Shown here in pieces: positions 39,201 to 54,200 of a DNA stretch of 64,000 nt. Position 1 is the stretch's first letter. Every line of letters starts with the position of its first letter. Made by a program: the position numbers and the translations under genes. This DNA is from Tubiluchus corallicola. Its lineage: Eukaryota; Animalia; Priapulida. Under the pieces are notes generated by a model that did not search any database, was not told where the DNA came from, and was given only the letters and a program-made list of their open reading frames with translations. The DNA is taken from contig JAQGDQ010000046.1 of NCBI GenBank assembly GCA_030141605.1, positions 248,001-312,000 of the forward strand. The letters run 5' to 3'.

Positions 39201-42200
39201 TGCTCACCAAGACTACAGTGCTTACCAGAAATTGTGCTGTGCTGACTGCTAGACTGCCTGCTGTGTCCACTGCTACTGCTTGTATGTTGACTGACCACTG
39301 CTGCTTCATCAACATTTTCATCTGCAGACACAAAATCATCGGAAATCACAGAACTGGCTGAACCAGCAGAGTACAATCGTTCTATTCTTGATCCACGACT
39401 CTGCCTACTTCCTTGTTGTTTCGGAGAAGGTACTGTGACTGCACTGCCACCTTGTGGAGATTGTGCACGACTACCTCGTCTCTGAAACATCTCCAGAGCT
39501 TTCACAGGGGTAGCCAGGACAGGAGTGTCAGATGAACTGGAAGAGGCTCTGGCCATAAAGGTGTTTGCTAAGTCAATAGACACAGCACGTTGATGTCTTG
39601 TAGTGGCAAATGCACCGTGTGAACTGTCGCTGTCCTGATATTTTGCAGATACATTAGAATGAGTCGACCGATCAGAACCGCTTCTGCCAATTGTTGCTCG
39701 TTTCTGAGTAGGAGGAAGTTCTAATATGGTAGAACTGGTTGACGATTTGTAACTGGTGTCATGCAGTTTAGAGCGAGATGGTGGTTTTGGAAAATTCTAG
39801 AAAATATAACATGGCACAGAGCATAAAACTTTCAGTTATACAAGCCAGCTTCAGTTATCGTCTGCATCTTCGTAATTAGCATTAAAATACAACATATACA
39901 TTAATATTGTTACTTAACTTAGTATACTAACACATCAGACCAAAATTATTTAACAGAACAACATATTAATTAACAATTTTAACGGGTAAATTGCATATGG
40001 CCAACTGCCATAACAATCTTTTCCACAAAGCTAAGAATGTTGTTCTTTGGAACAAGAAAGAATTTGCAATGATTCTTATACTCACCTAGTTTGACACAAG
40101 CTGCAACATCACACTACATTTTAAAATTACAGAACACGTAAGAATTACACATACAAAACATTTAATAATAAAAATGCAGCGCAAATACACTGATACTTTC
40201 TTACATTTAATGGATCATGAAGAAAGGTTACCTGCACATTAAATATAAGCTGATGGGGTTGCAGAATGCTCTGACCAAATCCGGGTCCTCTATCATCAGT
40301 GAAAACACGAAACAATGCCGTATTTACACCATCTACAATGTCATGACGCCTAGGTTGGAAGAAGCTACTGCCATTGCGATTCTTGCCGAAGAATCGACAG
40401 CCTCCTAAAAACAGGAAAATATAAAATTTTTATTACTAACGCTGAAGAAATAATTCAATAAAATATTTTGCAAGTAATTTTGCATTGCCATATAAAGTTA
40501 AGTTGATAAACATGTAATGAATAATGTAACCAACACTTTGCTGTTAAGGTTTTTTTGTTACTACAACATCCAAAGCATAACACCAACACCAAAGTTTTTT
40601 GCACATGTAACACATACAAGGACAGTGGTTTCAGAAGTACACTATCAGAAAACTCATAGTCACACTATACCTGCCATCATACATGTTCTACCTTTTTATG
40701 CTTTTTAATTAGTTTTACTTGTAGCTACTGTTGAGTTTTGTAAGATAAAATGGTCTCAATGTCTTATGTTTTATTAATGAAACAGATATTCTAATATACG
40801 AAACAAAAACTAAAAAGAAGTAGGTATAAAATGACTTCAAATATATAAAAAGAAGGCTCACTCACAAAGAAAAGCAAAGACAAGTGTGAAAGAGAAAGCA
40901 AGTGCACGACTGAAAGATAGGGAGAAAGAGAGAGTTAGAGGGGGGCAGAGAAAGCACAATGGAGGGACAGACAGAAAGACAATGAGCAAAAGACAATAAA
41001 TGTTGCCTGGATGTACAAACTACTATGTCATCCACAATCGAAACTCAAAAGAAAAATCCACCTCACCTAAGCATCCACATTTATTAGCTCCACTGCTAGA
41101 ACGTCGTGGCCACAGAAACCATAATCGTTTTGTTCTCTGATCATGAAGCCTTAAAAAGTTCTTTTGCTGCTGAAAATACTCTGCAAACGGTAAAGCCATA
41201 GCTGCGTCCAAGGTGATAGGTCCAAGAGTAATGCCACCTGCTTCAACCCACACTTCTCCAGATGTTTGCACTTTCTGCATGCTCTGTTTGGCTGACACCT
41301 GCAAGAAGGTAAGGCACAAGATCAAAATAATATTAACCGAGAATGAATACCAATATCTCATTAAAAGATACCAAAGTTTCCGTTAATACTTCGCATTTGA
41401 TTCTAACGTTCATTTAAGACTTCTAAGTTCATTTCTAATGTAAAGAATCGGCACAAAAAACTGGCTTGTCAGTACCGCTTCCAAGAAAACTGAATGTTTA
41501 ACCATAAAATTGTTTTTGGTGTCAATTATGTTGCTAAATATTGTAGCAAAAAGAAGAAATAAATTGCAGTTTTTCCAAAAATAAAAAACAGCAACTATGC
41601 TAATAAACATGTGCAGGAGCTATACACAGATATGACAAATTAGTTCTTGCCTTATTTGTTTTTGTTCATAATCTTAAGAAAATGATGTGCAATACCTCAC
41701 TCATGATAAATTGTTTAAGATGAATGTAGTTGATTAACGCAGTGACTCCGGCACTTGTCATACTGCTATGGAGATTACATGTTGATATTCGAACTGGCCA
41801 CAACTAAATGCAAACAAATGGCAATTAAAACACAGTCTATCTATGTGTTACAAACGTATGCTTTTAAACTGAATACATTGTTGCACTTGTGCAATTTTCC
41901 TATAATATTACCAAGTTTTAGCAATCCTTAAAAGAGTTACAGTATTATAGGTGGTTAACAACTTTTCTGGAAACAGCAATTGTAGAAAAACCTATGATGT
42001 ACGCAAGCAAAGAAATACTAGCTATCTTCAAAAAATGTCAAAACTTCAAACCATTAGACCTAAAATATGTGTGGTTAATTACTGTCCATAGTCCATACGT
42101 ACTGTAAACATAACCTGTTAAATGTTACACAAGTTATTGCACATCCATCTTTGCAACATCATGATTTAAAATGCCATGTTATTAATAACCACTTCACATT

Positions 42201-45200
42201 AATCTTTACACATTAATGTTTTACTCTAAGTATTAAATATTAACTTATTTCATCATAATAATTTTCAATTGGAAACTGTATCATTTAACATTGTTTCTTG
42301 CTGTTCTTGTGAACACGAAACATAAAAACCCTGCATATAAATGCTAATATCATTTCAAGAATAATAAATCCATGTGTAATCCATTAAGCATAAAATCAAA
42401 AACATGGAAGAAATTACCCGTAAATTCAATGCAGATGAGCTTTCAACAAAGTACAGCTCCACGGAATCAATGGCAATCCGAGACATTCTGTATTTGATAT
42501 CTTCAGCAGTTGGACAGGGAATGTTAGGACTAATTGTTGTCTTCTTGCATAAGGACTGCTGTTCCATGTGCTGACACAATCTGCCTTGACCGGGATGGAC
42601 TAGACAATTCTCCTTATCCATTACGAGAAACACAAATGTCTCCAACGCTGTTACAATACTAGAAAGCTAGAACAGAAATTGTGTTTCAACTCTTGTCAGC
42701 CATGAGAATGCGTTATAATCTTACAAATATGATATGTTGCAAACATATCATACAATTATAAAGACGTCAAAACAAATAAAAAAGACAGTTAACATGTTAT
42801 GACAATAGCAAAAAATAATCTTCTTGCCTGGCTAGGAAAATCACACTTTAGATTTACTTATAGATAAAACATAAAAAGAATTTTGAAACATTTTTTGTCC
42901 TCGTTTTTAGGATGTAGTTAGTTTTTTAGATTTTGCGATAAATTTATGACCAAATTTGAAATTTCTGACCTCTAGTGTTTGAGACTAAACAAGCTGTGTG
43001 AAATAAAATGTCCCAAGTTTTTTTGTGAAAAAAGTTTGACGTTTTGACAGATTAGTTAGTGTAGCAGACACTCTTAAACACTGCATTAAAACACACATAA
43101 CAGTGATGTTTTGGTAAATTTAGTGAAACAAAAAGTTCATTTTTGTGATTATTTCTTGTTAACCAACATTCGTTGCACATAACTGCACATCGCTGAACAC
43201 AATAAACTAAAACAGATATTAACCTAATGTTTTAGCAATACTATACAATGTTTAACAACACTAACTAGCTTGCTAAGTTTAAAAACCAAAAAATGTGTCT
43301 AACCTGAGGCGCTGTAATTCTACCAATGATATCTCCAAGCTGAGCTTCAACAAGCCAAGCATATTCTAATGTCTCACTATCCAAACTTAAACCTTCAGCT
43401 GAGAACATGGCATGGCCTCGGATTTGTAAACCAGATAGCTGTAGATGTCCCTGAGACAAATGTTCTTGGGATTTCTTTCTCTGAAAATTGTTATTCATGT
43501 GCAAAAGTCACTGCTTTTATTTCTGTACTGAAAATAATGGTGTTTATATTCTAACATCAGAAAGATATGCAAAACAGAAGTTAACTCATTTGAAAAAGCT
43601 CATTGAAATGTAGCGATAGACCTTGAATCAACGCTTACTCTTAGGAAAAAACAGCCATTAGAACAACTTATGGTGAAAAACAAGATCGTCAAAAAAAACT
43701 TCAAACTACATGCATGTTTAACATTAAATAAAATGCAAAAACTTAATAATATAAATAACAGCACTCTCTTACACAATTTAGCCAAGTGCATCATCTCACA
43801 ATCTAGATTATTATCTATTAAAGGAAAACTGGATGACTGTGTAAACAGGAGTTCAGAATAAAGAATGCTTTAAAACATTGAAAACTACAATAGCTTATTT
43901 CAAATCAAAGCTTAGATTAAATAATAATTACCTCGGATACTCAAATTTTGTTAAACTTTCAAAGCTACGCGTGGCTCAGTGAATCTACTAAGATTGGCAG
44001 CGGCGCCTTTTTGTCACGTGCGTGGCGCCGATAAATAGAAGCCGGTACCGTGATAACCATGATCATGAACTGCTGTGTTAGTTTCATGACATCATATGAC
44101 GTAGACCCCATTTTTCATGACATCGTGCATTTAAACAGTACTGTAACACCTATGCAAATGTGATTGACGTGCAAGGGAAGATGCTTGCCATTGCACAAAC
44201 TGTGATTAGTTTCTGACGTAAGCAATAGCCGTGTTCGGTTGCCATTAATTAACTTTCTAAGCTAATTATTCAAATATAAGGAACAATTCTTAACTTTTAT
44301 ATTCAAGAAAATGTATATTTTGGACACTGAATTAAAATGAGATCGAGTCTAAACAATCGTCCGGTCTTCCTTTAATATACCTACTCTCTTAACGTACGTA
44401 AAGTAGGTTCTAAATTGAGCATATCAAACGGTGGTCATTATACACCAGATTTATCTAGCTCAATTCGACTATAAGTAATTATGTAACCGGAATGCGTAAC
44501 TTTTGGATTATACTGAAAGGATGATGCTCCACAGATATAAACTATTGATATTTATCTGACACTGCTGCTACAGCTTTTTTCATTATAAAATTTATGATTG
44601 CCAAGCATTCAATTTAACTGAATAAGCCTTGATTACAAGTATGAAGATTCGAAGACATAACCTTATAAAAATGTATGCTTTAAGTAGGCATAAACTGGAT
44701 AGAACTGCATAGGTTTGCAGTCTGTTAAAAATCAATAAACAAAAAAATAATGCTCACTTCTATATTGTCAGATACAGAAAGAGTTATTGGTGATATCAAA
44801 ACTTGCAACTGAGTTTCACGATAGCCCTTCACCAGCTCAAAACCAATCCTCTCAATAAACACATTGGGGCAGGGTGGATCACCTTCATTACAGTGCTGAA
44901 ATATAGAAGTTAAATGTATCTAAACCATGTATTTTTACTGCAAAAACTAACAACATAAAAGGCAATTGTTATGACCAGAGATCGCAATGAAAAATCAATG
45001 CACATTATTACTTATAAATGTTATCTCTTGTTTTTTTGTCTATACAATAAAACAAAAGAACGTGCAAAGTTGACCTTCTTCAGTTCTTAGACAAATAATG
45101 CAGTCAAGATATTTTGGCTTTGAATGTACTATTCGACACAACAAATGTCAAGGGCCCACATTCTTTCAAAATCTGCACATACGTACACATTTCATTTGGT

Positions 45201-48200
45201 ATAGAAATTCACAGTTTGCATAATTTCAAACATGAAAATGCAATTACAGGTAAATAAAATACAGACTTTTACCAAAAGCAAGACAGTTCAGCCATAATAA
45301 ATGAATATATTATTCTAATATCAAATTCGTCAAAATATACCTTACAACAAAAGAGGTAATAAGGTATATTAGAAGGTATTTTAGAAACGTATGCAGACTG
45401 TTAACCACTGAGGCTATACATATATAAAAATAATTATTGTAAAATAAATATTAATTATAAAAACAAATAATAATATACAGATAAATAAAGACAGACCTTT
45501 TGCCAAAAACAAGACAGTTCAGTCATAACAAATGAACATATTATTCTAATATCAAATTTGTCAAAATATACCTTACAACAAAAGAGGTATTAACGTATAT
45601 TAGAATGTACTTTAGAAACTTATGCAAACTGTTAACTATCGAGGCTATACATATACAAAAATATTTATTATACATGGTGGCTATAAGTGATGAAATTTCA
45701 AATGCCCTATCATAGTAATGTGCACCAGATTCCTAATGCACATTTACTGTGAAACGATTGAAATTTATAATAATTAACTCGAAGAAATCTCAAATTAAAC
45801 TTTCAAAATTTGATATAAACATTAGTTACAAGAAAAACATACCTAACTTTTACAAGGCTGTAATAAAGACTAAAAACTATGAAAAGTTTAAAATTTCTAG
45901 AATCAATAAAAACTAACTATAGACTAGTATACCTTCATTAGATGCGCGTGTATTTCATGTGCTGTTAGCGAAACTTTTACAGCTAGGGGACGATACATTC
46001 TGGGATCAAACACGTTTTCTTCACCTTTTTCAATTTCATCATGTAGATCTTCAGTACCAAGACTGCTTGACATGTCAAATATCATTTGATCTTCTCCTAA
46101 GTAGTTTTCCTATTGAGCAAAATTCAGAGTAAGATGAAAAAATATCAGTTTATAGTAGAAAATAATTATGTTACATACGAATAATATGGCATTCGTGATG
46201 CTATTATTAGCAGTGTCGTAATTCATCAAAAATCCAGAGATACTTTTGCCAAATTAACTCTTAAAGACAATCTCGAATGTGTTGTATCAGACAGATCTTT
46301 ATTAAGTAAAACAATAGGCTTTGTGTTACCTTCAAATGTAGTACTAGTCTGATTACTGAACCAAACAGTTTCAGTACAGCTGGGCCAAGTTCGCATTCTA
46401 CATTGATAGTATCGGGTTGCAGTGTCGTCGGGTCAAATTCACTTGCATTGGGAAATTTTTGCTCCTTTCGTTTCCTTTCTGGAGTACCTTCAGGACGAAT
46501 TGATGATAGTAAGGCTTCCTCTTGCTCGGGTGTGGCTAGATTTACTTCCCTATATAACATAAATTAACAAATATATAATTAAACTGCACTGTTCAGATGT
46601 TTGAAGATTAGCTTCCCGTTGTTAAACCACAGGAAGGACAAACATGTTTTCTGTGTTGTAGTTAGTTAATTACCATTGATACTAGTTTTATAGCCAAAAA
46701 CATTTTCCAAAATGTTACATTTTGCATATACAGTAGGCACCACTTAATAGACTCACTTTGGGACCGATGTGTTTTGACCCAATTAACCGAGTGAACCCAT
46801 TAACCGATGGGTGTAGTATTACAGCTATAGAAGTATGAGTTACCAATTTACTATGCACTGCAAAGGCTTTTAACGAATTTTAGAAACGAAGTAATGCCTA
46901 AATTCCTTTGTGCAGTTAAAAATTAGAAAACATATTTTAAAATATTAATTTATATGAGTGAAGCAGCAATAAATTAAAAGTATACTTTTCTAAATCACAG
47001 ATTTTTCTAAGTCTGTTTATTTGCAAAAATTATAAAAATTCTTTCAAAGTCGGCTACTTCATTTTCTTGCGAAGAAGTTATTAGCCGTGTGATGTTCACT
47101 CTTGTAAGTCACAAGGAATACCGGCTGTTTACTGTACTTTCATCTTCGACTGTTAACTCATTAAGCCTAAAAGTATGATTTGCAACGAGAGCATCAAAAG
47201 GAAACTGCTAGACAAGTGATTAAATGTTCAGCTTCCAGAATTCTTAGGGTAACAGTGGACGAACGGGTAACAGATTCAAAGCAAAACCGCTATGCTAGCG
47301 TATTAGTGCATGATAAATGTACCTGCTTATAAACAAAACGATATGTAACATATTGTTTCTGCATACATAGTGCACAAAAGTGAAGTAAAGATGACATAAA
47401 AGCAGGAAAGGCTCTTTTGGCACATACAAATATCTTATTTTAAGTATGTGAAGGAAAAATATTGAGTCAATTATGCAGAGTTATTTGAGTCAATTACCGA
47501 TAGTTTTTATGTATATTTGAATAGAAGCGGCCCATTGCAGGCATTTTTGAGTCAATTAGGCGATTGAGTCTATTAAGCGGCGCTTACTGTAATATAGTTT
47601 GCATTGTATCTTTTTCATATTATTACAAGTACTTACTGAGTCTTTAGTGTGTTTGGTGGTATAGGCCAATATGTATACGTAATACTGAGTGCTAAGATAG
47701 GAGCATAAACAATGTCTACCCAACCATCTGCTGGTAAGACATGATTACGCCATAGCTTTTCTTTTGCTGTAGTATCCATAATAGATCCATCACGATTAGT
47801 TAATTTGGCATGCCGATCCAGTGCCAGTACAATGTCTCGACTGGTATAACACTCTGGCAAGTACAAGCAAGCTGTCAAGTTTTCGCCCTAAGAAGATGAA
47901 AAAAATCAGAACTTGAGATTTACACAGTTTTAATAGCTTACATGTTGTCATATAATATTTTCATTACAATGGCACTAATACACTACAAAATAACTACAGA
48001 GGGTGTTAGGTGATAGACATTTTTCCCTTGCTGACAGGTTAATTACCAAGTTCACAAATTTCCACACTGCAAGGTTAAATTTTATCTTACAAGTTACAGA
48101 AATTTCTACCTGTCACCAGGCTTGCACAGTGTTTTATGGAATGTATACAAAAACTGCAGAATTAAAACTAAAACTAGAACGGCAGCACTAAGATGTTTGG

Positions 48201-51200
48201 ATCAGGCATGTCCCACTTGCTCATTTTTTGTAAAGTTAATTGTTTCCATCAGAAAATGTTGGGAAGCATCAATCACTGTCATGAATCTATTTTTCATAAA
48301 GTTTAGAATACCCATTATTTGCACAGATCCATTTGTACATTAGAATGATAAAAAACACAACAATATAACGATGTATAGGGCTGATTAATTTAACACGCAT
48401 AGCTGTGGGCCATATTGGAAAAATTAAAAATCGGGATCTTCTATGGTCTACATAATGCTCCTTAGAATCTTCATTCAAAATTTCAGTGTGCTGTGATGAA
48501 AACCGTGACTTGTCATAGTTTTCTAAGACAAATGTGACAACAGCAACAAGACCAAGCTTGCTTTAGGAATCACTTTGTCCCAGATCCAAAAATATGACTC
48601 AGAACCACTAGGTAACCACTTAGAAAGACTTAGAAAGGTAGCTATTCCCTGACAATATTATACGAACCAACAACTATGTTATTAGTAGCTGGACTGATGA
48701 AAAGCTACCAGTACGAACAGAATGCAAATGTCAATTTTTAAAAATGTGCAGTTGACAAACTGTAACCTGTTCCTTAAATATTCTGTTCTAATATGTGAAA
48801 TATGCTAGCAGCCACTTTAGAAGATAAATTTTACAGCTAATTTTTTGGTATGTTTGAAACAGATACCCAAGATTGCCGCTGTTCAACAAAGCATATACTA
48901 TTATAAAAAAATGAGTATTTAAAAACAAAATATCTAATCATTTATTCATGTTTTCAATAAAGTTTGTGAATGAAAAGCTGGGATGCACTACTCAATGGCA
49001 GACCCTACTCTGCATATTAACTGTAGTGTAACCAAAACTTGGGCATTATTGAGAATAATCCTCTAAGATGAAATAGTGGGCTGGCAGAGGTGTCTCAAGA
49101 CTTGGGCACATTTGGCTGTGCCTACAACCTCCCTAAATGAATCTACAAATTCCCCCAAAAAATGTTGAAACTGCCTCACAGCTATCAACAAATTTACCAG
49201 GCTTGGTTATGCTTATTTAACTTTGGTCATAAAGCAGGTAGGATAAAAACTGACAGGTAGAATAAACTACCTAAAATGGTAGAGTTCATGCAAAGTTAAA
49301 TAAAGAAAGTTACAGCTTTGCCACAAATATAAAATCACATTGCTTGGCTTGGTTTGACCTTATAGAAAATTCAATTTTGTCAAGTATTAGGGGTCACAAA
49401 CTAGTCACATACCTGCAACCACATGTGAACAGGTAGAGACGGAGGGAGGTAGTCAACAAATGCAAGTTCAAATGAAAAATCAAATAAATCTCCAGTAGCT
49501 GCCAAGTAAGCTAAAATGAAAACAAATGCTCTTCAATGCACATTTATCTAGACTAAGATACTTTCGAATATGAAAACAACAAAAACATTTTTTACGTGAG
49601 TAAACAATAGGCAAACGTAATTCTGAAATACCATCAGGTACCATTTTGCTTTTTCGACAAAATAATAATGAAAAACTCAATAAACTGGTCAAACTTCTGT
49701 TTATAAATGTCATTTGCCACGTAAGAACCGCTGCAGACATAGAACTTTTAGAATTTATTACAGTTTTGAAAATACAAACTTGTTTTGAATAAATAAAATT
49801 CGAAAAAGCTGCTAACTGATTTGAGATTTGATATAAGTTGACTGTTTGAATAGATTTGAATGGAATAAAGATGTACAACTGTATGACCATAAAACATGTA
49901 TAAATCCATAAAATCACATCTTATCTATTTTTCAATAAAAAAGTGATTATGTTAAGTGCCATATGGCTTAGGAAAAATTAATAAATTTTGTGAAATTACT
50001 TAATCTAGTGGCAAGATATACGATTTGAATATCTGAAATTCTAAACTGTTAAATTTCGCATTCCACCACTATTTTGCTTTCACTTCAATAAAAAATTGCA
50101 GTTATCAGGGAGCCATAAAGAGCAGAATAAATAGAGGCAAAAATGATTTTAAGAGTTAGCATATCAAACCACTTTGTGAAATTAATTCTACTAGAGTCTA
50201 TACTTCTGATTTGAATACCTAAACTTAAATTTCGGATTTTATCACTATTTTCTCTTGGACTTCAGTAAGAATAAAGCCTTACAGTTTTCTGGAAGTTGTG
50301 AGGAGCAATCGATCCAATTCCATTCATTCACAAAGCTGATGATTTCAAACTCCTTTAGCAGAATATTCACATGCCATGTATATGGGATAAAGTGAAAAAT
50401 ATCAGGACGCATTTTCGATGACCAATCATCCATTAAATCTAAAACAACAATAGAAGTGACTTAAATTTAACAAGTTGCACAAAATTTAATGTATAAAGAA
50501 AATTCGCAAAGAGAATAAATGGTGGAACTAAAATCAAGGCCGGCGCTAGGAAGTGCGGGGGGGGGTCCAATTAGGAAATTGTTAGTGGGCCCACTCCCCT
50601 ACAAAAGCTGAAGACAGACGTTTTATTCTTTGTGCAGTATGCCAATCCCAGCCAAAATGCATCAAGGGCAAGAGGCTCAACAATTAATCACAATGACATA
50701 CTAAAAATTGAAAGCCCATATGAAAATTACAAGCCATGCTGTTTGCACATAGGCTTTCTAAAAACAGACTTTTCTGTTTTTTTATCCTAGAAATCTTTCA
50801 AAACTATTTAAAAGTCAATAGTTACAGTAATATCATTTTCTATAGATAGCATCGCCAAATTATTTAATCTCTCTTGTGAAATTGCCGATCGTAGGTATGT
50901 TTTAATCAGTTTTATCTCACGGATGGTGCAGAACATTATAAACACTCTGAACATATTTAACAGACAACTTTATATTCCAAGCTTTATGCTATATAATCTC
51001 ACTAACAATACTCTTTCCGTGTTGAGGGTTTGAATATCATCCACAAACTAGCAAAATTAAAATCCAATGATGATCTAACTAATGCATATATAGCTCGCAA
51101 ATTACCTTTTTTAGAAAGGTATGTGGCGACGATAAACTGACATTATGAAATAAATAAGAAAACTATTAGCAAAAAAACATTGAAACATAGATATACGAGG

Positions 51201-54200
51201 ACAGACTAAGTAGTTTCACTGGCTTCACAATCAAGAAACTTCGTGCGCTCTGGATACTTACTAGTTCATCATAACGTCCCCTGCATGAGCATTTGTGCAG
51301 GGCCAAATTTGAAAAAATCTGTCTAATTCGCTTAATACCAGCAGTGACTAAAATCACCATTATACACCAGTACAAAAAAGTTATAAAGCTATAATAATAA
51401 TAAAGGCAAATTAATTTAGATCTACAGTATTATGTAAACACAAGATACGATACGACAATTTAATTAAGAGTATAAAGAAAGCATTGCAGACTAGGTGGAT
51501 CAAAAAAAAACTTTTCCTTGTGGTTTAGTATCTAATAGTGACCAAAAGTTGTGTTTTGGAACAAATAAATTGATGGTAATTTTTTTTTTATTTTGACATA
51601 CATCTTGACTCTCCCCAAGGCCTTTTACGTTTTGGAAAATACAATTTATGATAAAAAATGTTAAATTTTTTAAGATCAAACATCAAATAGTGACAGAAAG
51701 CTTCCTGATCAAGCTATTTAATGTTGTATTAAAATACTTTTTGTACTAACACTTTACTCGAAGCTCCCCAAAGATGTTAACGGCTCGCTAAATATGGCAA
51801 AATGCAAAAATTCCTGCATGCAAAACATTATTCTTTGGAATTACAAAAATACATATTACACAGACCATTCACAAAAATACATTACAAAGACCTTATAAGG
51901 GGAATAGCTTATTGCACAATCCATTTTAAAATTTAAACTGTCCTGTGGTGAGGGGATCAGAAAGCTCTCAATTATTGTAGAAAATTAATTGCAAAAATTA
52001 ATAAATAATACTCACATGGATAGCAAATTTCTTGCATATAATTACAGTGTTTCTACCATAAATAACAATTCTTTCCTTCCATTGCACTTTACAGAAGAAA
52101 ATGTCATCTGACGTCAACAAAATTATCATTGCCAATTGTATTCTTTATGATCTTATGGAATAAATGCAAGAGTAGTGAGTACCCATGCTTGCACCATTAC
52201 ACATAAAAAGACAATAACCATTTGCTTAACTGTAATGCTGTTCATTTACTAACTGATATACATATGCTTATAAATCTTTTTAGTCTTAGCTGCAATCATT
52301 TGGTTATTAATTTTTTTAAAGGTTTTTTGTAGCCATTTTTCTCTACTAATATCAGGGTTGCCTTTAATTTGATGCCTATGTGGCGTATATAGGAATAGTA
52401 GTTGATTGCTTAGTTAGGACTCGTCTGTATATTTTAGTGTGATTATGGAGCTTCAACATGTAGCCAGGCACAGTTCTTGGCATGCATAGGACTATGAATT
52501 TCTGTGTCTTTCCAACTTTCCAATAACCATGCAAAGTATGAAAGAGACAAGGCTCTGGAAATAATGTTGCACACAAATACGCACAGCATATTTATCTTAT
52601 ACAAGTTCTGGACTACTGGCCACCTGTACGAAACATGCATGTCAGTTCACATATAAAAACCACAAAGCCTCGAAGAAAATCAAAGCTTACCTGTAATAAA
52701 CTTTTTGTGAGCAAAAAGAAGCCATCCGGTTGCTTTACTGCCCTTCAAATCACAGTACCAGTGTTGATGCATGTTCCAGTATCTAGGGTACACCATCCTA
52801 ATATCGTACTGCAAAAGCAAGCGCTCATTAATCATAAAAGTTATGCTGGTTTCACATAAAGGTGCTAAAAATGATCCAATGTAACAGCTATATGAATATA
52901 TGTATATTAATATATATAAATGGCAAAATCAGTTGTTATGAAAAATGAAGAAATCTAATGTCTTTAAATGATGAACCTCTAAAGTTTCAGTTTCTATAAG
53001 ATGCCGCAGAGGTAGGCTAGAGCTCAAGTCTAAATGAAGTAGCTGCCCATTAATTCTTGATGTGTAGCCGTCCTCTCCCACAACCCATGGTATAGTTATC
53101 TCACAACAGGAGCCAGCTCCCATATTTAGATACAAGGCGTTGGTTTCCTGTAAGCATAAATATGTTAAAAATAGCAATGATACACTAATAATATCATAGT
53201 TAAGCTTCTTATAAAATAAAAGCCAATTCGTATAAGCCAAATACAGTATAGCATATAGCATTGTAAAATAAATTGTTTAGTTCATGGTACAAATAAGTGC
53301 CTTTAGATGCATCGAGTTGTTTATATTGTAGTAACATTACAGAAAAAATGGCTACGAGCATTGCACACCTATGTCAAGGCAGAGGACAATTAACTAGAAA
53401 GACAAAACTGCCTATATAAAAAGTTTAATAATGCCCCTTACTTACATAGGTGTACCTTATATTTCATAGCACTAAACATGAAGACTTTCTAAAGTTAAAT
53501 GTACATATCAATTATGCATTATGTTTAATCTCTGGCAATTTCCACAAAACTTCTAAAAGTCAAACACATTCAGCAACAAATTTAAGATCATTGATGAAAA
53601 TACGGATACTAGAAGTGTGCAGAGAATACCAAACACTATGATTCCTGTATAAACATATTAAAGATATTAATAACCCCTTTACTAACAATAAGCTTTTGCT
53701 ATCACCTGATCCGCAGTTAAACACTAGAACCTATAATTACTTAAAACAAATCCCTACAACTAACAAACATAGCAGCAACTCAGTCTATAAACAGTTTGTC
53801 AAAAAATATACAAGAAAGTGATACACTAAAAGCACTCCGAAACAAACTTAAAATATTTTACTAACCAGATTTACTCAGCCATCATATGCCACTTAAATGG
53901 AGTTGCAAATACATGCATACAAGTTGCCATTATTTGCATGTACCTTGTTTTTTGAAAATAAAATGTCTGCTGTGGCATCATACAACGTGCTAATCTGTAT
54001 ATCAAATGATGCGGGTTCTCTCACATCTCCAGGTCGTGGCTTTCTGGTCACTGCAACTGGTTGATAATCACTTGGATAAAACATGTTGTACAAGTGCTCC
54101 CTAGCAAATAAACCAGATCAAAACAACATCAATAACAAACCAGCTTGCAATCGCTGATTATGTATGTAATCGGTGTTGTGAGATTTTCAGTATTTCGCTT

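Noticed and set aside
49480-49917. 145-aa intronic ORF
   Set aside because: AT-biased composition, out of frame with exon 12, no homology recognised.
50537-50600. hAT-like GC-rich terminus (also near 31140-31185 and 52353)
   Set aside because: No partner TIR or TSD found, so too fragmentary to call.
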